Source: Desulfomonilia bacterium
GTDB taxonomy: Bacteria; Desulfobacterota; Desulfomonilia; UBA1062
NCBI GenBank assembly: GCA_050014195.1
Contig: JBEKDT010000002.1
Location: 358,174-422,173, forward strand
Length of the DNA: 64,000 nucleotides
Direction of reading: 5' to 3'
Part shown: in pieces, positions 10,218 through 19,877 of the stretch
How the letters are laid out: each line of letters begins with the position of its first letter
Numbering within the stretch: position 1 is the stretch's first letter
Notes under the pieces: model-generated
The model's input: only the letters and a program-made list of their open reading frames with translations
The model's database searches: none
What the model was told of the DNA's origin: nothing
Made by a program: the position numbers and the translations under genes

Positions 10218-10868
10218 ATGAAAGACGGGTATTGGCTGGTTGGATATCAGTATGAGTTGTCTGGTTATTTATACAGCTTGGGACGGATTCCCAAATGTAA
10301 ATCAGCTATGCTCAAACACCTTAACCCGAACGACAAGGTGCTTGTCGCCGGCGTCGGGCACGGGACGGAAGCGATAGAAGCGAGTAGGCTGGGTGCGGAT
10401 GTAACGGCTGTCGACTTGTCGGAGACCATGCTCAATCAATTTCGTAAGCGCATAGCAAAGGAGAACCCTCCCAAAGAGATCCGGGTCATCCATGATGACA
10501 TCTTCAATGTCAAGGATACCGGGCAATATGACATGGTGATTGCCAATTTCTTCCTGAATGTTTTTTCCGAAACAAGGGTGGTGGAAGTAGCAAACCACCT
10601 TGGGACACTTGCCAAACCGGGCGGCTACTTTGTTGTGGGAGAATTTGTTCTGCCGGAAAAAAACGGATGGCGAGGGATTCTTCAGAGGGCCAACTGGTAT
10701 TTCGCCATAACGTTTTACAGCGCTACCACGGAAGCGGTTTTTCACCCGGTGTGGGATTATCCTGCCCTCGTGGAGGGATCCGGCTGTAAAATCCAGGAGA
10801 TTGAATATTTTAAAATTTTTAATACCAACTTGTACTGGTCGATCTTGGGAAAAAAATCTAGACAATAA
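10218..10868 (+). CDS. Class I SAM-dependent methyltransferase (paralogue 2)
   Basis: AGVGHG, AVDLS, YDMVIANFFLNVF, AKPGG; colinear with the upstream gene. Confidence 0.88.
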   Translation: MKDGYWLVGYQYELSGYLYSLGRIPKCKSAMLKHLNPNDKVLVAGVGHGTEAIEASRLGADVTAVDLSETMLNQFRKRIAKENPPKEIRVIHDDIFNVKDTGQYDMVIANFFLNVFSETRVVEVANHLGTLAKPGGYFVVGEFVLPEKNGWRGILQRANWYFAITFYSATTEAVFHPVWDYPALVEGSGCKIQEIEYFKIFNTNLYWSILGKKSRQ

Positions 10869-10885
10869 CCCCACTTCCTTTGCTC

Positions 10886-10914
10886 TTGAATAAAAGCCAA
10901 GCTCATTATATTAT
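10886..10914 (+). promoter_or_regulatory. Sigma70-type promoter for the cheB-cheR fusion
   Basis: TTGAAT-N17-TATTAT ending 8 nt before ATG 10923. Confidence 0.45.
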
Positions 10915-10922
10915 TGGTCTTC

Positions 10923-13643
10923 ATGAAAGAATCGATTAAAAAGAAGAAGATCAAACCACAAGGATCGCCGGGGATCTCACATCGAGACACACGACCACTC
11001 ATGACAAGGGGCGCTTTTTTCATTGTCGGTATCGGTGCGTCCGCCGGAGGACTGGAGGCGCTGGAACAGCTCCTGGGCAATGTATCAGAGGGCAGAGGCA
11101 TAGCCTATGTCATCGTCCAGCACCTGGACCCCACACACAAGGGTATCATGCCCGAGCTCCTGCAACGCATGACACACATGAAGGTCACCCAGGTAAAAGA
11201 CCGCACACCGGTCAAACCGGGCCAAGTCTATGTGATCCCGCCGAACAAGGACATGTCGGTCCTGCATGGGGTTCTTCATCTGCTCGAGCCCACAGCGGCG
11301 CGGGGGCTTCGTCTGCCGATTGATTTCTTTTTCCGCTCCCTGGCAGAGGACCAGCGGGAACACAGTGTGGGCATTATCCTTTCGGGCATGGGCACCGACG
11401 GCACGCTGGGTATCAAGGCCATCAAGGAACTTGGTGGGTTGGTCCTGGTGCAGGATCCGGCCACCGCCAAATTCGACAGCATGCCTCGCAGCGCCATAGG
11501 AACAGGGCTCGTCGATTATGTGGCTCCGGCAAAGGAACTGTACGGCAAGCTCATTGACCTTCTCCAACACCCCCTTCGCGACCAGCGGGCCGAGCCTCTC
11601 CTGGAAAGCAAGATGCAGTCGGCTCTGGAAAAGATCATAATCCTGCTCAGGACCCACACGGGCCAAGATTTCTCACTGTATAAAAAGGGCACCTTGTACC
11701 GCCGGATCGAGCGGCGCATGGGCATCCACCAGATTGACAAGATCGCCCATTATGTCCGTTTTTTACAAGAAAATTCCCAGGAGCTGGAGCTTCTCTTCAA
11801 AGAGCTCCTCATCGGCGTAACGAATTTTTTCCGGGATCAGGCAGCCTGGGAGTACCTGAAGGAGCATGCCATACCGGCCCTCCTGGCAAGCAGACCGGAT
11901 GGCGGCTTGATCCGGGCATGGACCCCGGGCTGCTCTACAGGCGAGGAGGCCTACTCGCTCGCCATCGTGTTCAAGGAGGCACTGGATCGTAGCAAACTTA
12001 AGGGGAATTATACGTTGCAGGTCTTTGCCACCGACCTGGACAAGGATGCCATTGATAAAGCCCGCCAGGGCGCTTACCCCTCCAACATTGCCGCGGATGT
12101 CTCCCCCGAGCGCCTGCACAGGTTTTTCGTCAGGGAAGAGAGCAGCGGCTACCGGGTCGTCAAGGATATCCGCGAGATGGTGATAATGGCGGTGCAAAAT
12201 GTCACCATGGATCCGCCCTTTACCAAGCTGGACATCCTGATATGCCGGAACCTCCTGATTTACCTTACCCCGGAATTGCAGAAAAAGATCTTACCGTTGT
12301 TCCATTACAGTTTGAACCCAGGCGGTATCCTGTTCCTGGGGAGCGCCGAGACCACCGGCGGCTTTTCCGACCTCTTCACCCCGCTTGAAAGAAAATGGAG
12401 GATCTATCGGCGCAAAGAGTCTCATGGAAAAGCGAGGCTGGTGGAATTACCGTCCTCATTCTTCATTGAGCCCCCGGCCCTTCTCAGAGAGGCAGAACTG
12501 CCCGCGCCGGTACCAAATCTCCAGTCACTGACGGATCAGCTGATACTGCAGCAATTCTCCCCACCCGCCGTACTGATCAACGACAAGGGCGACATCCTCT
12601 ACATCACCGGCAAAACGGGCAAGTATCTTGAACCGGCAGCCGGCAAGGCCAACTGGAACATTTTTGCCATGGCCCGTGAAGGGATGTACCATGAGTTGTC
12701 ACGCGCCTTCCAAAAGGTGCTACGGCAAAAAGGCAACGTCACCATACAAGGTCTGAAGGTAAGGACCAATGGCACAGAGCATGTCGTGGACTTCACCCTC
12801 CAGGCGATTGAAGAGCCGGAAGCCCTGCAAGGGATGTTCCTGGTCGTCTTTAAGGATGTGGCGACCTCCACCGGCAGGAAACCGGCTGTCCGCGTCACGG
12901 GCCATTCATCACCACACGCCGCTATCGCTGAACTGGAGGAGGAGAGCAGACACCTCCGCGAGGATCTGCTGAATACCCGTGAAGAGATGCAGACCTCACA
13001 GGAAGAGCTCAAAGCAACCAACGAAGAGCTTCAGTCCGCCAACGAGGAGCTGCAATCCACCAATGAGGAACTGACCACGTCCAAGGAAGAGATGCAGTCT
13101 CTGAATGAGGAACTGCAGACGGTCAATGCCGAGCTGCAATCCAGGGTGGATGAGCTTTCGCGATTGAATAACGACATGAAGAACCTGCTCAACAGCACGG
13201 AAATCGCCACAGTGTTTCTGGACAAAACACTCAATCTGCAGCGGTTCACCCCCCAGACGACCCGGATCATCAAGCTGATCCCAGGCGATGTAGGACGGCT
13301 CATCACCGACATCGCATCCGACCTGATCTACCCCGCAATGCCCGATGACATTCGGGACGTGCTGCAGACGCTGGTGTTTGTGGAAAAGCAGGTTACTACC
13401 CGGGACGGACGCTGGTTTCTCACGCGCATCATGCCATACCGCACCCTCGAGGACAAGATTGACGGCGTAGTGATTACCTTTACGGACATCACCGTAGCCA
13501 AGACTCTCGAGATGGAACTACGCCGGTCGCACGACGAGATAGAAGCGAAGGTTGCAGAACGCACTCTCGAGCTTGCAAAGGCAAACGAGGAGCTTCTCTC
13601 AGAGATTGCTAAACACAGACAGGGACGAATCGATAAAGGCTAG
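10923..13643 (+). CDS. CheB methylesterase-CheR methyltransferase-PAS fusion protein
   Basis: GASAGG/QH/GTDG CheB triad; IGVTNFFRD, GCSTGEEAYS, CRNLLIY CheR motifs; NEELQS coiled coil; C-terminal PAS. Confidence 0.93.
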   Translation: MKESIKKKKIKPQGSPGISHRDTRPLMTRGAFFIVGIGASAGGLEALEQLLGNVSEGRGIAYVIVQHLDPTHKGIMPELLQRMTHMKVTQVKDRTPVKPGQVYVIPPNKDMSVLHGVLHLLEPTAARGLRLPIDFFFRSLAEDQREHSVGIILSGMGTDGTLGIKAIKELGGLVLVQDPATAKFDSMPRSAIGTGLVDYVAPAKELYGKLIDLLQHPLRDQRAEPLLESKMQSALEKIIILLRTHTGQDFSLYKKGTLYRRIERRMGIHQIDKIAHYVRFLQENSQELELLFKELLIGVTNFFRDQAAWEYLKEHAIPALLASRPDGGLIRAWTPGCSTGEEAYSLAIVFKEALDRSKLKGNYTLQVFATDLDKDAIDKARQGAYPSNIAADVSPERLHRFFVREESSGYRVVKDIREMVIMAVQNVTMDPPFTKLDILICRNLLIYLTPELQKKILPLFHYSLNPGGILFLGSAETTGGFSDLFTPLERKWRIYRRKESHGKARLVELPSSFFIEPPALLREAELPAPVPNLQSLTDQLILQQFSPPAVLINDKGDILYITGKTGKYLEPAAGKANWNIFAMAREGMYHELSRAFQKVLRQKGNVTIQGLKVRTNGTEHVVDFTLQAIEEPEALQGMFLVVFKDVATSTGRKPAVRVTGHSSPHAAIAELEEESRHLREDLLNTREEMQTSQEELKATNEELQSANEELQSTNEELTTSKEEMQSLNEELQTVNAELQSRVDELSRLNNDMKNLLNSTEIATVFLDKTLNLQRFTPQTTRIIKLIPGDVGRLITDIASDLIYPAMPDDIRDVLQTLVFVEKQVTTRDGRWFLTRIMPYRTLEDKIDGVVITFTDITVAKTLEMELRRSHDEIEAKVAERTLELAKANEELLSEIAKHRQGRIDKG

Positions 13644-13679
13644 GCACAGGGGTGAAGTGATACCGGAAGAGGTCAAACC

Positions 13680-16394
13680 ATGAAAGAGGGCAATGGCAAA
13701 GAGGCAAATGCCCCTGATCTGCGTCTCCGCGCAGAAAAGCGGCTTGCAGAGGCACGGACCTCAAAAGGACCACACCCGAAGAAAGAAGACACCTCAAAAC
13801 TGATCCACGAACTGCAGGTCCACCAGATAGAGTTGGAGATGCAGAACGAAGAGATCATGCAGGCACGCACCGAGATCGAGGTGAGCCTGGAAAAGTACTC
13901 CGATCTCTACGATTTTGCTCCGGTGGGTTATTTTACCCTTACAGACGAAGGTATCATCCGGGAGGTCAACCTTACGGGCACGGCCCTTCTGGGGGAGGAT
14001 CGTTCACATCTGATCAACCGGAGCTTCGGTCTTTTCATTGCCGATGAGACGCGACCCGCCTTCTTTGTATTTCTTAAAAAGGTATGTGAGGGCAACACAA
14101 AGGAGAAATGCGAGGTCGTGCTCACACGAGGTAAAGATAACCCAAGGTATATCCACCTCGAAGGTAGAGCTTGGGAGACCGATAACAGCATGGACCGACT
14201 GTGCCTGATGGCTGTCCTTGACATCACGAATCAAAAGCTTTCTGAGAAATCGCTCCATCAGAAAACAGAAGAACTGGACCGCTTCTTCAGCGTTGCTCTG
14301 GACTTGCTCTGTATTACGGACACTGACGGTTATTTCCGTCTATTGAACCAGACCTGGGAGAGAACCCTGGGATTTACCCGTGAAGAGCTCATGTCCAAAC
14401 GTTTCTTTGATTTTATTCACCCTGATGATGTGGAGAGCACCATTGAGGCGGTTGCCGTTTTGGCCTCCCAACGGGAAGTTATTAATTTTACTAACCGCTA
14501 TCGCTGCAAGGATGGTTCATACCGCTGGCTCGAATGGCGTTCAGCCCCTGCCGGCAACTTGATCTATGCAGCAGCCCGGGATATTACCAAGCGCAAACTG
14601 GCGGAGGAGGCATTACTGAAGGCCAAGGAAGCGCTGGAAAGAAAAGTGGCGGAACGCACCGCCGAATTACAGAAAACCAATGAGCAGCTGCAACTTGAAC
14701 TCACTGAGCGGAAGCGGACGGAAAGGCGTTTGCGTAAGGATACGGAGCGCACAAGCCTTCTCCTTGAACTCTATCTGAACGCCCCGCAGATGTCGGACAA
14801 GGAGCTTTATGACTATGTCCTTGAGAAGGCGGTCAACCTCACGGATAGCTCCATCGGCTTTTTTCACAAGGTCGCTGAAGACCAGAAAACCATTATACTG
14901 ACCGCATGGAACAACAAGGCTCTCATGAACTGCACGGCCGTCTTTGACGATCACTATCCCATTGATCAGGCGGGGAACTGGGTGGACTGTGTTCGTCTCA
15001 AGAGGCCGGTAGTGTACAATGATTATCCGAACTCCCCAGACAGAAAAGGGTACCCGGAAGGTCATTCTCCCGTAGTGCGCTTCATGAGTATTCCCGTCCT
15101 CGATCGGAATAAAGTCAGGATAATAATCGGCGTGGGGAACAAAGCGGAAGAGTATGATGAACATGACGTTGTCCAATTACAGCTGGTAGCCAATGAAATG
15201 TTCAAGATCATCAAGCAGCGTCAATCTGATGAAGCATTGTGGAACAGTGAGGAGAGCTACCGCATGCTGTTTAATAGCATTACGGACGCTGTATTTGTCC
15301 ATGAGGTCAACTCAGATGGTACACCAGGTCTATTCCTGGAAGTAAACGGTGTTGCCTGTGAGCGTTTGGGTTACACACGAGAGGAACTGCTCGCAATGTC
15401 ACCTGTTGATATTAACGCTCCCGCCTCTGAGTCCGGGATCGACAATATGCTTACTATCGAGCAATCGGCAGCTGCCCATAATGTAGTCTTTGAGCAGGTC
15501 CATGTCACCAAGAACCAGCGGCGCATACCGGTGGAGATCAACAGCTGCAAAGTTTCTTTACACGGATGCTCATGTGTAATCTCATTAGTGCGTGACATCA
15601 CCGATCGCAAGCGGGCGGAAGAAGAAAAGAAGAGACTAGAGACTCAACTCATTCATGCCCAGAAAATGGAGGCTCTCGGGGCCTTGGCGGCTGGAATAGC
15701 TCATGATTTCAATAACATAATTCAACCCATTCTGATCAATTCAGAACTCATCTCAGATACACTTCCCCTTGGCACACAGGAACGTGAATACCTTGATGTG
15801 ATCATTGATGCTGCACAACTCGGGAAAAACTTTGTCAGACAGATCAAGGCGTTCGGCTCCGGCACAAAAACGACGTCCAAGCCCATTGTTTTGGGCCCTG
15901 TCGTTCGCGATGCCCTGATCTTCTTCAAGCGATCGCTTCCTCATGATATCAAATTCAGGCAGAGGATAACCACAAAAGAAAGCCTTGTACAAACAGATCC
16001 AACACAGGTCAATCAACTGATTCTCAATCTCTGTGTAAATGCGGTACAAGCCATGAACTCCGGTAAGGGTTCCCTCGAAGTATTTCTCAAGGAAACCGAG
16101 GTCACTTCGGCTACCCCTGCCCTCGTCAATAACCTCAAACCGGGAAAGTATATGAGACTCACGGTTTGTGATACCGGATGCGGGATCAATCCGGAAACGC
16201 GAGAGCGGATATTCGATCCGTTCTTTACCACCAGGAAGGCACGTATGGGCACCGGGCTTGGGCTCGCAATCGCACATGAGGTGGTAAAGAATGCTCAAGG
16301 GTCCATACTCTTATATAGTGAAGTAGGAAAGGGAACACGATTCGAGATTTTCTTCCCGCTGCACCTTGATTCTTTGGATCAGCCTCTTATTTAA
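13680..16394 (+). CDS. PAS/PAS/GAF/PAS sensor histidine kinase (probably N-part of a split hybrid kinase)
   Basis: [10 protein letters not shown]-box, NLCVNA, DTGCG, FDPFFTT, GTGLGL. Confidence 0.92.
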   Translation: MKEGNGKEANAPDLRLRAEKRLAEARTSKGPHPKKEDTSKLIHELQVHQIELEMQNEEIMQARTEIEVSLEKYSDLYDFAPVGYFTLTDEGIIREVNLTGTALLGEDRSHLINRSFGLFIADETRPAFFVFLKKVCEGNTKEKCEVVLTRGKDNPRYIHLEGRAWETDNSMDRLCLMAVLDITNQKLSEKSLHQKTEELDRFFSVALDLLCITDTDGYFRLLNQTWERTLGFTREELMSKRFFDFIHPDDVESTIEAVAVLASQREVINFTNRYRCKDGSYRWLEWRSAPAGNLIYAAARDITKRKLAEEALLKAKEALERKVAERTAELQKTNEQLQLELTERKRTERRLRKDTERTSLLLELYLNAPQMSDKELYDYVLEKAVNLTDSSIGFFHKVAEDQKTIILTAWNNKALMNCTAVFDDHYPIDQAGNWVDCVRLKRPVVYNDYPNSPDRKGYPEGHSPVVRFMSIPVLDRNKVRIIIGVGNKAEEYDEHDVVQLQLVANEMFKIIKQRQSDEALWNSEESYRMLFNSITDAVFVHEVNSDGTPGLFLEVNGVACERLGYTREELLAMSPVDINAPASESGIDNMLTIEQSAAAHNVVFEQVHVTKNQRRIPVEINSCKVSLHGCSCVISLVRDITDRKRAEEEKKRLETQLIHAQKMEALGALAAGIAHDFNNIIQPILINSELISDTLPLGTQEREYLDVIIDAAQLGKNFVRQIKAFGSGTKTTSKPIVLGPVVRDALIFFKRSLPHDIKFRQRITTKESLVQTDPTQVNQLILNLCVNAVQAMNSGKGSLEVFLKETEVTSATPALVNNLKPGKYMRLTVCDTGCGINPETRERIFDPFFTTRKARMGTGLGLAIAHEVVKNAQGSILLYSEVGKGTRFEIFFPLHLDSLDQPLI

Positions 16395-16403
16395 GCTCCA
16401 CAT

Positions 16404-16781
16404 ATGGACACAGGGATCGAGAAGTACATCCTCTTGGTTGATGACAACACAATAGACCTGCGCAGTATCCATCAATTGCTCGTCAATCTGGGGTACGAAG
16501 TGACCTCAACCACTAATTCTCAAGAGGCCCTCTCCATGTTCCGTAACGAGCCGGATAAATTCGATATGATTATAACCGATCAGTTCATGCCGAGGATGAA
16601 AGGTGATGAACTGGTAATTAGTGTGCGTGAGATCCGAAAAGATATTCCCGTCATTGTCTGTTCCGGGTCTGAAGGAGCTCTCCAGGAGCTGCAAAAACAA
16701 ATGAGAGACTTTCAGGAATTCTTGCTCAAGCCTTTTTCAAGATCTGAACTTGCAGATACCATCCACCGTATACTGGCATAA
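16404..16781 (+). CDS. Receiver domain, in frame with the upstream kinase after a single TAA
   Basis: ILLVDD, ITDQFMP, KPF; same frame as 13680-16394; no RBS. Confidence 0.8.
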   Translation: MDTGIEKYILLVDDNTIDLRSIHQLLVNLGYEVTSTTNSQEALSMFRNEPDKFDMIITDQFMPRMKGDELVISVREIRKDIPVIVCSGSEGALQELQKQMRDFQEFLLKPFSRSELADTIHRILA

Positions 16782-16893
16782 GATCACTTTATTTTTTTAA
16801 ACATGATACCCGCCAGAGCCTAGACTTGAAACCAATAACACCATACTTTAAGATCTAGGCATGGAAGCATACACTACTTTCTTTCGTAATCGC

Positions 16894-16921
16894 TAAATAT
16901 TTTCTCATAAAAGGTCGATGG
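16894..16921 (+). promoter_or_regulatory. Sigma28 (FliA)-like promoter upstream of motA
   Basis: TAAA-N16-GTCGATGG just before motA. Confidence 0.45.
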
Positions 16922-16931
16922 ATAAATAAGT

Positions 16932-17789
16932 ATGAACGCAATCATTGGTGCAGTCGTGGTATTGTCCTGTGTGGTCGGCGGATACCTGCTGGAGCACGGG
17001 AACCTCAGTGTCATCATGCAGCCGACGGAAGTCCTCATCATCTTCGGCGCCGCCACAGGGGCACTCCTCATCATGTCTCCTTTCAAGCTCCTTAAGGAGA
17101 TCCTGAAAAACATATCCAGTGTAGTGAAGCCGAAACATTACGACTCAAAGAAATACATAGAGGTACTCTCGCTGCTCTATGAGATCTTCAACAAGATGCG
17201 CAAGGAGGGTATCATCGCCATAGAGTCTCACGTGGAGGAACCGAACAAGAGCGAGATCTTTAAAAAATATCCTGCAATCCTGAAGAACAAGCGCACACTT
17301 GATTTCATCTGCGACAGCCTTAAGATCCTGCTTTCCATCGATATACCGCCTCATGAATTCGATAATCTATTGGAGGTGGACATAGATGCCAATACGGCGG
17401 AGGCAAGCCATCCCTACCACCGCATCGCCAAGATAGCCGATTCATTGCCCGGACTCGGAATCGTGGCCGCGGTGCTCGGCGTTGTGCTCACCATGCAAAA
17501 GATCAACGAGCCGCCTGCGGTGCTCGGTGAAAGCATCGGGGCGGCACTCGTAGGAACCTTTCTCGGCGTGCTCACGTGTTATGGCTTTGTCGGCCCTCTT
17601 GCAACACTGATGGAGCACCAGATCAAGGAGGAGGAGTCATATTACCAAGTGGTCCGCATAGCAATCGTCTCTTATGTGGCGCGCTCCATCCCTCAAATCG
17701 CTATTGAATTCGCACGCAGGGCCATCCCGGAGAGTGTGCGGCCCGGCTTCAATGAGCTCGAAAAGATCATGAAGGGCAAAGGCAAGTAA
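16932..17789 (+). CDS. motA: Flagellar motor stator protein MotA
   Basis: RKEGIIAIE torque motif, PGLGIVAAVLG, ALVGTFLG, YGFVGP, EFARR. Confidence 0.95.
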   Translation: MNAIIGAVVVLSCVVGGYLLEHGNLSVIMQPTEVLIIFGAATGALLIMSPFKLLKEILKNISSVVKPKHYDSKKYIEVLSLLYEIFNKMRKEGIIAIESHVEEPNKSEIFKKYPAILKNKRTLDFICDSLKILLSIDIPPHEFDNLLEVDIDANTAEASHPYHRIAKIADSLPGLGIVAAVLGVVLTMQKINEPPAVLGESIGAALVGTFLGVLTCYGFVGPLATLMEHQIKEEESYYQVVRIAIVSYVARSIPQIAIEFARRAIPESVRPGFNELEKIMKGKGK

Positions 17790-18622
17790 TGTCTGAAAAT
17801 AGAGAACAGCCTGTCATCATAAAAAAATATAAAAAGGGCGGCGAAGAAGGGCACGGCGGGTCATGGAAGGTGGCTTATGCCGACTTTGTCACCGCAATGA
17901 TGGCCTTCTTCCTTCTCCTGTGGCTGTTGACCATGACCTCCCAACAGAAAAAGATTGCGCTATCCCAATACTTTATGAATTATTCGATCTTTGAAAAGGG
18001 CGGTGGTGCTGCCGTTGCAACCCTCCAGGATGTCCCCGGCAAAGGTATGTTTGATGTAGGCAAGGGTGCAAAGCCCCCTCCCCCATCATCCATGGTTGCG
18101 AGCCAGCTTGCAGATAAAGTCAAGAAGCAGGTTCAAGATAACCTCAAAGAATTTCAGGACAGGGTGCTTGCCTTCGATGATAACGGCAACCTGCGTATCG
18201 AGATCATCGATACAGGGGGCACCTCATTTTTCAATGTGGGCGGCATCGATCTCTCAGAGAGCGGGAAGGCCCTTATCAAGAATATAGCCCCTGCGCTGAA
18301 AGGGTTGGACAAAAAAATCATCATCGAGGGCCACACGGATTCACTCGGATATAAAGGAATGACGTTCACCAACTGGGAATTATCCACACAGCGTGCATCG
18401 GCGGCACGTCTTGAACTCGAGAAAAACGGGATACCGCCAAACCAGATCGAGATGGTGGCGGGGTACGCCGACAGCAAACCCTTCATTAAAAACAATCCTG
18501 CCGATCCCAAGAACCGCCGTATCTCAATTGTGGTTGACAATAAGTCATCAACAAAGCAACCACCTCCAGCCCAGAGCATGCAAAAACCAAAGCTCCCGGA
18601 TTCGCCGCCTGGCCTGCAATAG
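17789..18622 (+). CDS. motB: Flagellar motor stator protein MotB
   Basis: WKVAYADFVTAMMAFF, EGHTD, NWELSTQRA, NRRI; 1-bp overlap with motA. Confidence 0.95.
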   Translation: MSENREQPVIIKKYKKGGEEGHGGSWKVAYADFVTAMMAFFLLLWLLTMTSQQKKIALSQYFMNYSIFEKGGGAAVATLQDVPGKGMFDVGKGAKPPPPSSMVASQLADKVKKQVQDNLKEFQDRVLAFDDNGNLRIEIIDTGGTSFFNVGGIDLSESGKALIKNIAPALKGLDKKIIIEGHTDSLGYKGMTFTNWELSTQRASAARLELEKNGIPPNQIEMVAGYADSKPFIKNNPADPKNRRISIVVDNKSSTKQPPPAQSMQKPKLPDSPPGLQ

Positions 18623-18797
18623 ATCACTACCGGATAACCTCACGCAAAGGTATTTGGCCGATTAAGGAAGACTGGCTCCGGCCCCTGCAGGCATGTATGA
18701 CCTCCAATAAAGGGTTGCCTCTTTACAAAGGCTGCCTCTTTAAGAGATCATTACTCGTGTTAAAGAAATTACCTATGAAGGAGATACATCAAGGCTC

Positions 18798-19307
18798 ATG
18801 ACGGATGTGATTCGCAGGTGCACTGATTCGGATCTTCATACCATTTTTGAGATAATCAATGACGCCGCTAAAGCCTACAAGGGTGTGATCCCTCAAGACC
18901 GCTGGCATGAACCGTACATGAGCCGGGCTCAGCTTCAATTTGAAATTGAGGATGGGGTTGTGTTCTGGGGGATCGAGATTGACGGAAAACTTGCAGGTGT
19001 CATGGGGATACAGGACAAGGGCGATATAACCCTGATCCGTCACGCCTATGTAAGGTCGTCCTTAAGGAATACCGGTATCGGCACAAGGCTCCTGAAGCAC
19101 CTTGAGCCCATGAGCGACAAGCCTATCCTTATGGGAACCTGGGCGGCTGCGGACTGGGCCGTTGCCTTTTACCGGAAAAACGGTTACCGCCAGGTGAGCC
19201 CGGAGGAAACAAACCGCCTGCTGCGGAAATACTGGTCCATCCCTGAAAGACAGGTCGAGACATCGGTAGTGCTTGCAAACGAAAGATGGAAAGGGTCGAC
19301 ACCATGA
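18798..19307 (+). CDS. GNAT family N-acetyltransferase
   Basis: HAYV..RNTGIGTRLL, AVAFYRKNGY. Confidence 0.88.
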   Translation: MTDVIRRCTDSDLHTIFEIINDAAKAYKGVIPQDRWHEPYMSRAQLQFEIEDGVVFWGIEIDGKLAGVMGIQDKGDITLIRHAYVRSSLRNTGIGTRLLKHLEPMSDKPILMGTWAAADWAVAFYRKNGYRQVSPEETNRLLRKYWSIPERQVETSVVLANERWKGSTP

Positions 19308-19400
19308 GGCCTTCACATTCCGGGCATTCGCATTATAAAAAGCCCTGAACCTGCTCCACTATGAGTAGACAAGAGGATCGATGAGAGAAGGAGGCTTAGA

Positions 19401-19790
19401 GTGTTTACCAGCATGTTGTTCATTCTCATAGCAATTGGTTTGATCGCCGGGATCCTTTCCGGCCTGTTCGGTATCGGCGGCGGAATCATCATCATCCCGG
19501 CCCTGATATATATTCTGGGATATTCCCAGCACAAGGCCACAGGCACCAGTCTGGCCGTGCTCCTGCCGCCGATAGGCATCGCTGCTTTCATCGAGTACTA
19601 TCGTCATAACAATGTCGATCTGAAGGCCGCATTCATCATAGCCGCGTTCGCCATCATGGGCGGCTGGGTCGGTTCACTGTATGCAAACCGGCTATCAGGA
19701 CCGGTGCTACGCCTCCTCTTCGGCATTCTCATTATCGTGCTCGGAGGATATATGGCAATCGGTGCCCTGAGGAAACTCGGATACCTGTGA
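19401..19790 (+). CDS. TauE/SafE (TSUP) family half-size transporter
   Basis: SGLFGIGGGIIIIPAL, ATGTSL; about 4 TM helices; RBS AAGGAGG. Confidence 0.85.
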   Translation: MFTSMLFILIAIGLIAGILSGLFGIGGGIIIIPALIYILGYSQHKATGTSLAVLLPPIGIAAFIEYYRHNNVDLKAAFIIAAFAIMGGWVGSLYANRLSGPVLRLLFGILIIVLGGYMAIGALRKLGYL

Positions 19791-19877
19791 TCATCAGGCT
19801 GATCCTTTTCTCTCTTATGGTAATGTTTAACTCTGCGTATTAAAATACACATGACTTTTCGCATAGGGGGTCTTCAG

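Noticed and set aside
12985-13150. Repetitive GAGGAGCTGCA-like units suggesting an array
   Set aside because: These are codon repeats of the NEELQS coiled coil within the CheB-CheR fusion, with no spacers.
16932-18622. motAB as a ZorAB defence module
   Set aside because: Normal-length MotA with flagellar torque residues, no long ZorA tail and no zorC/D/E.
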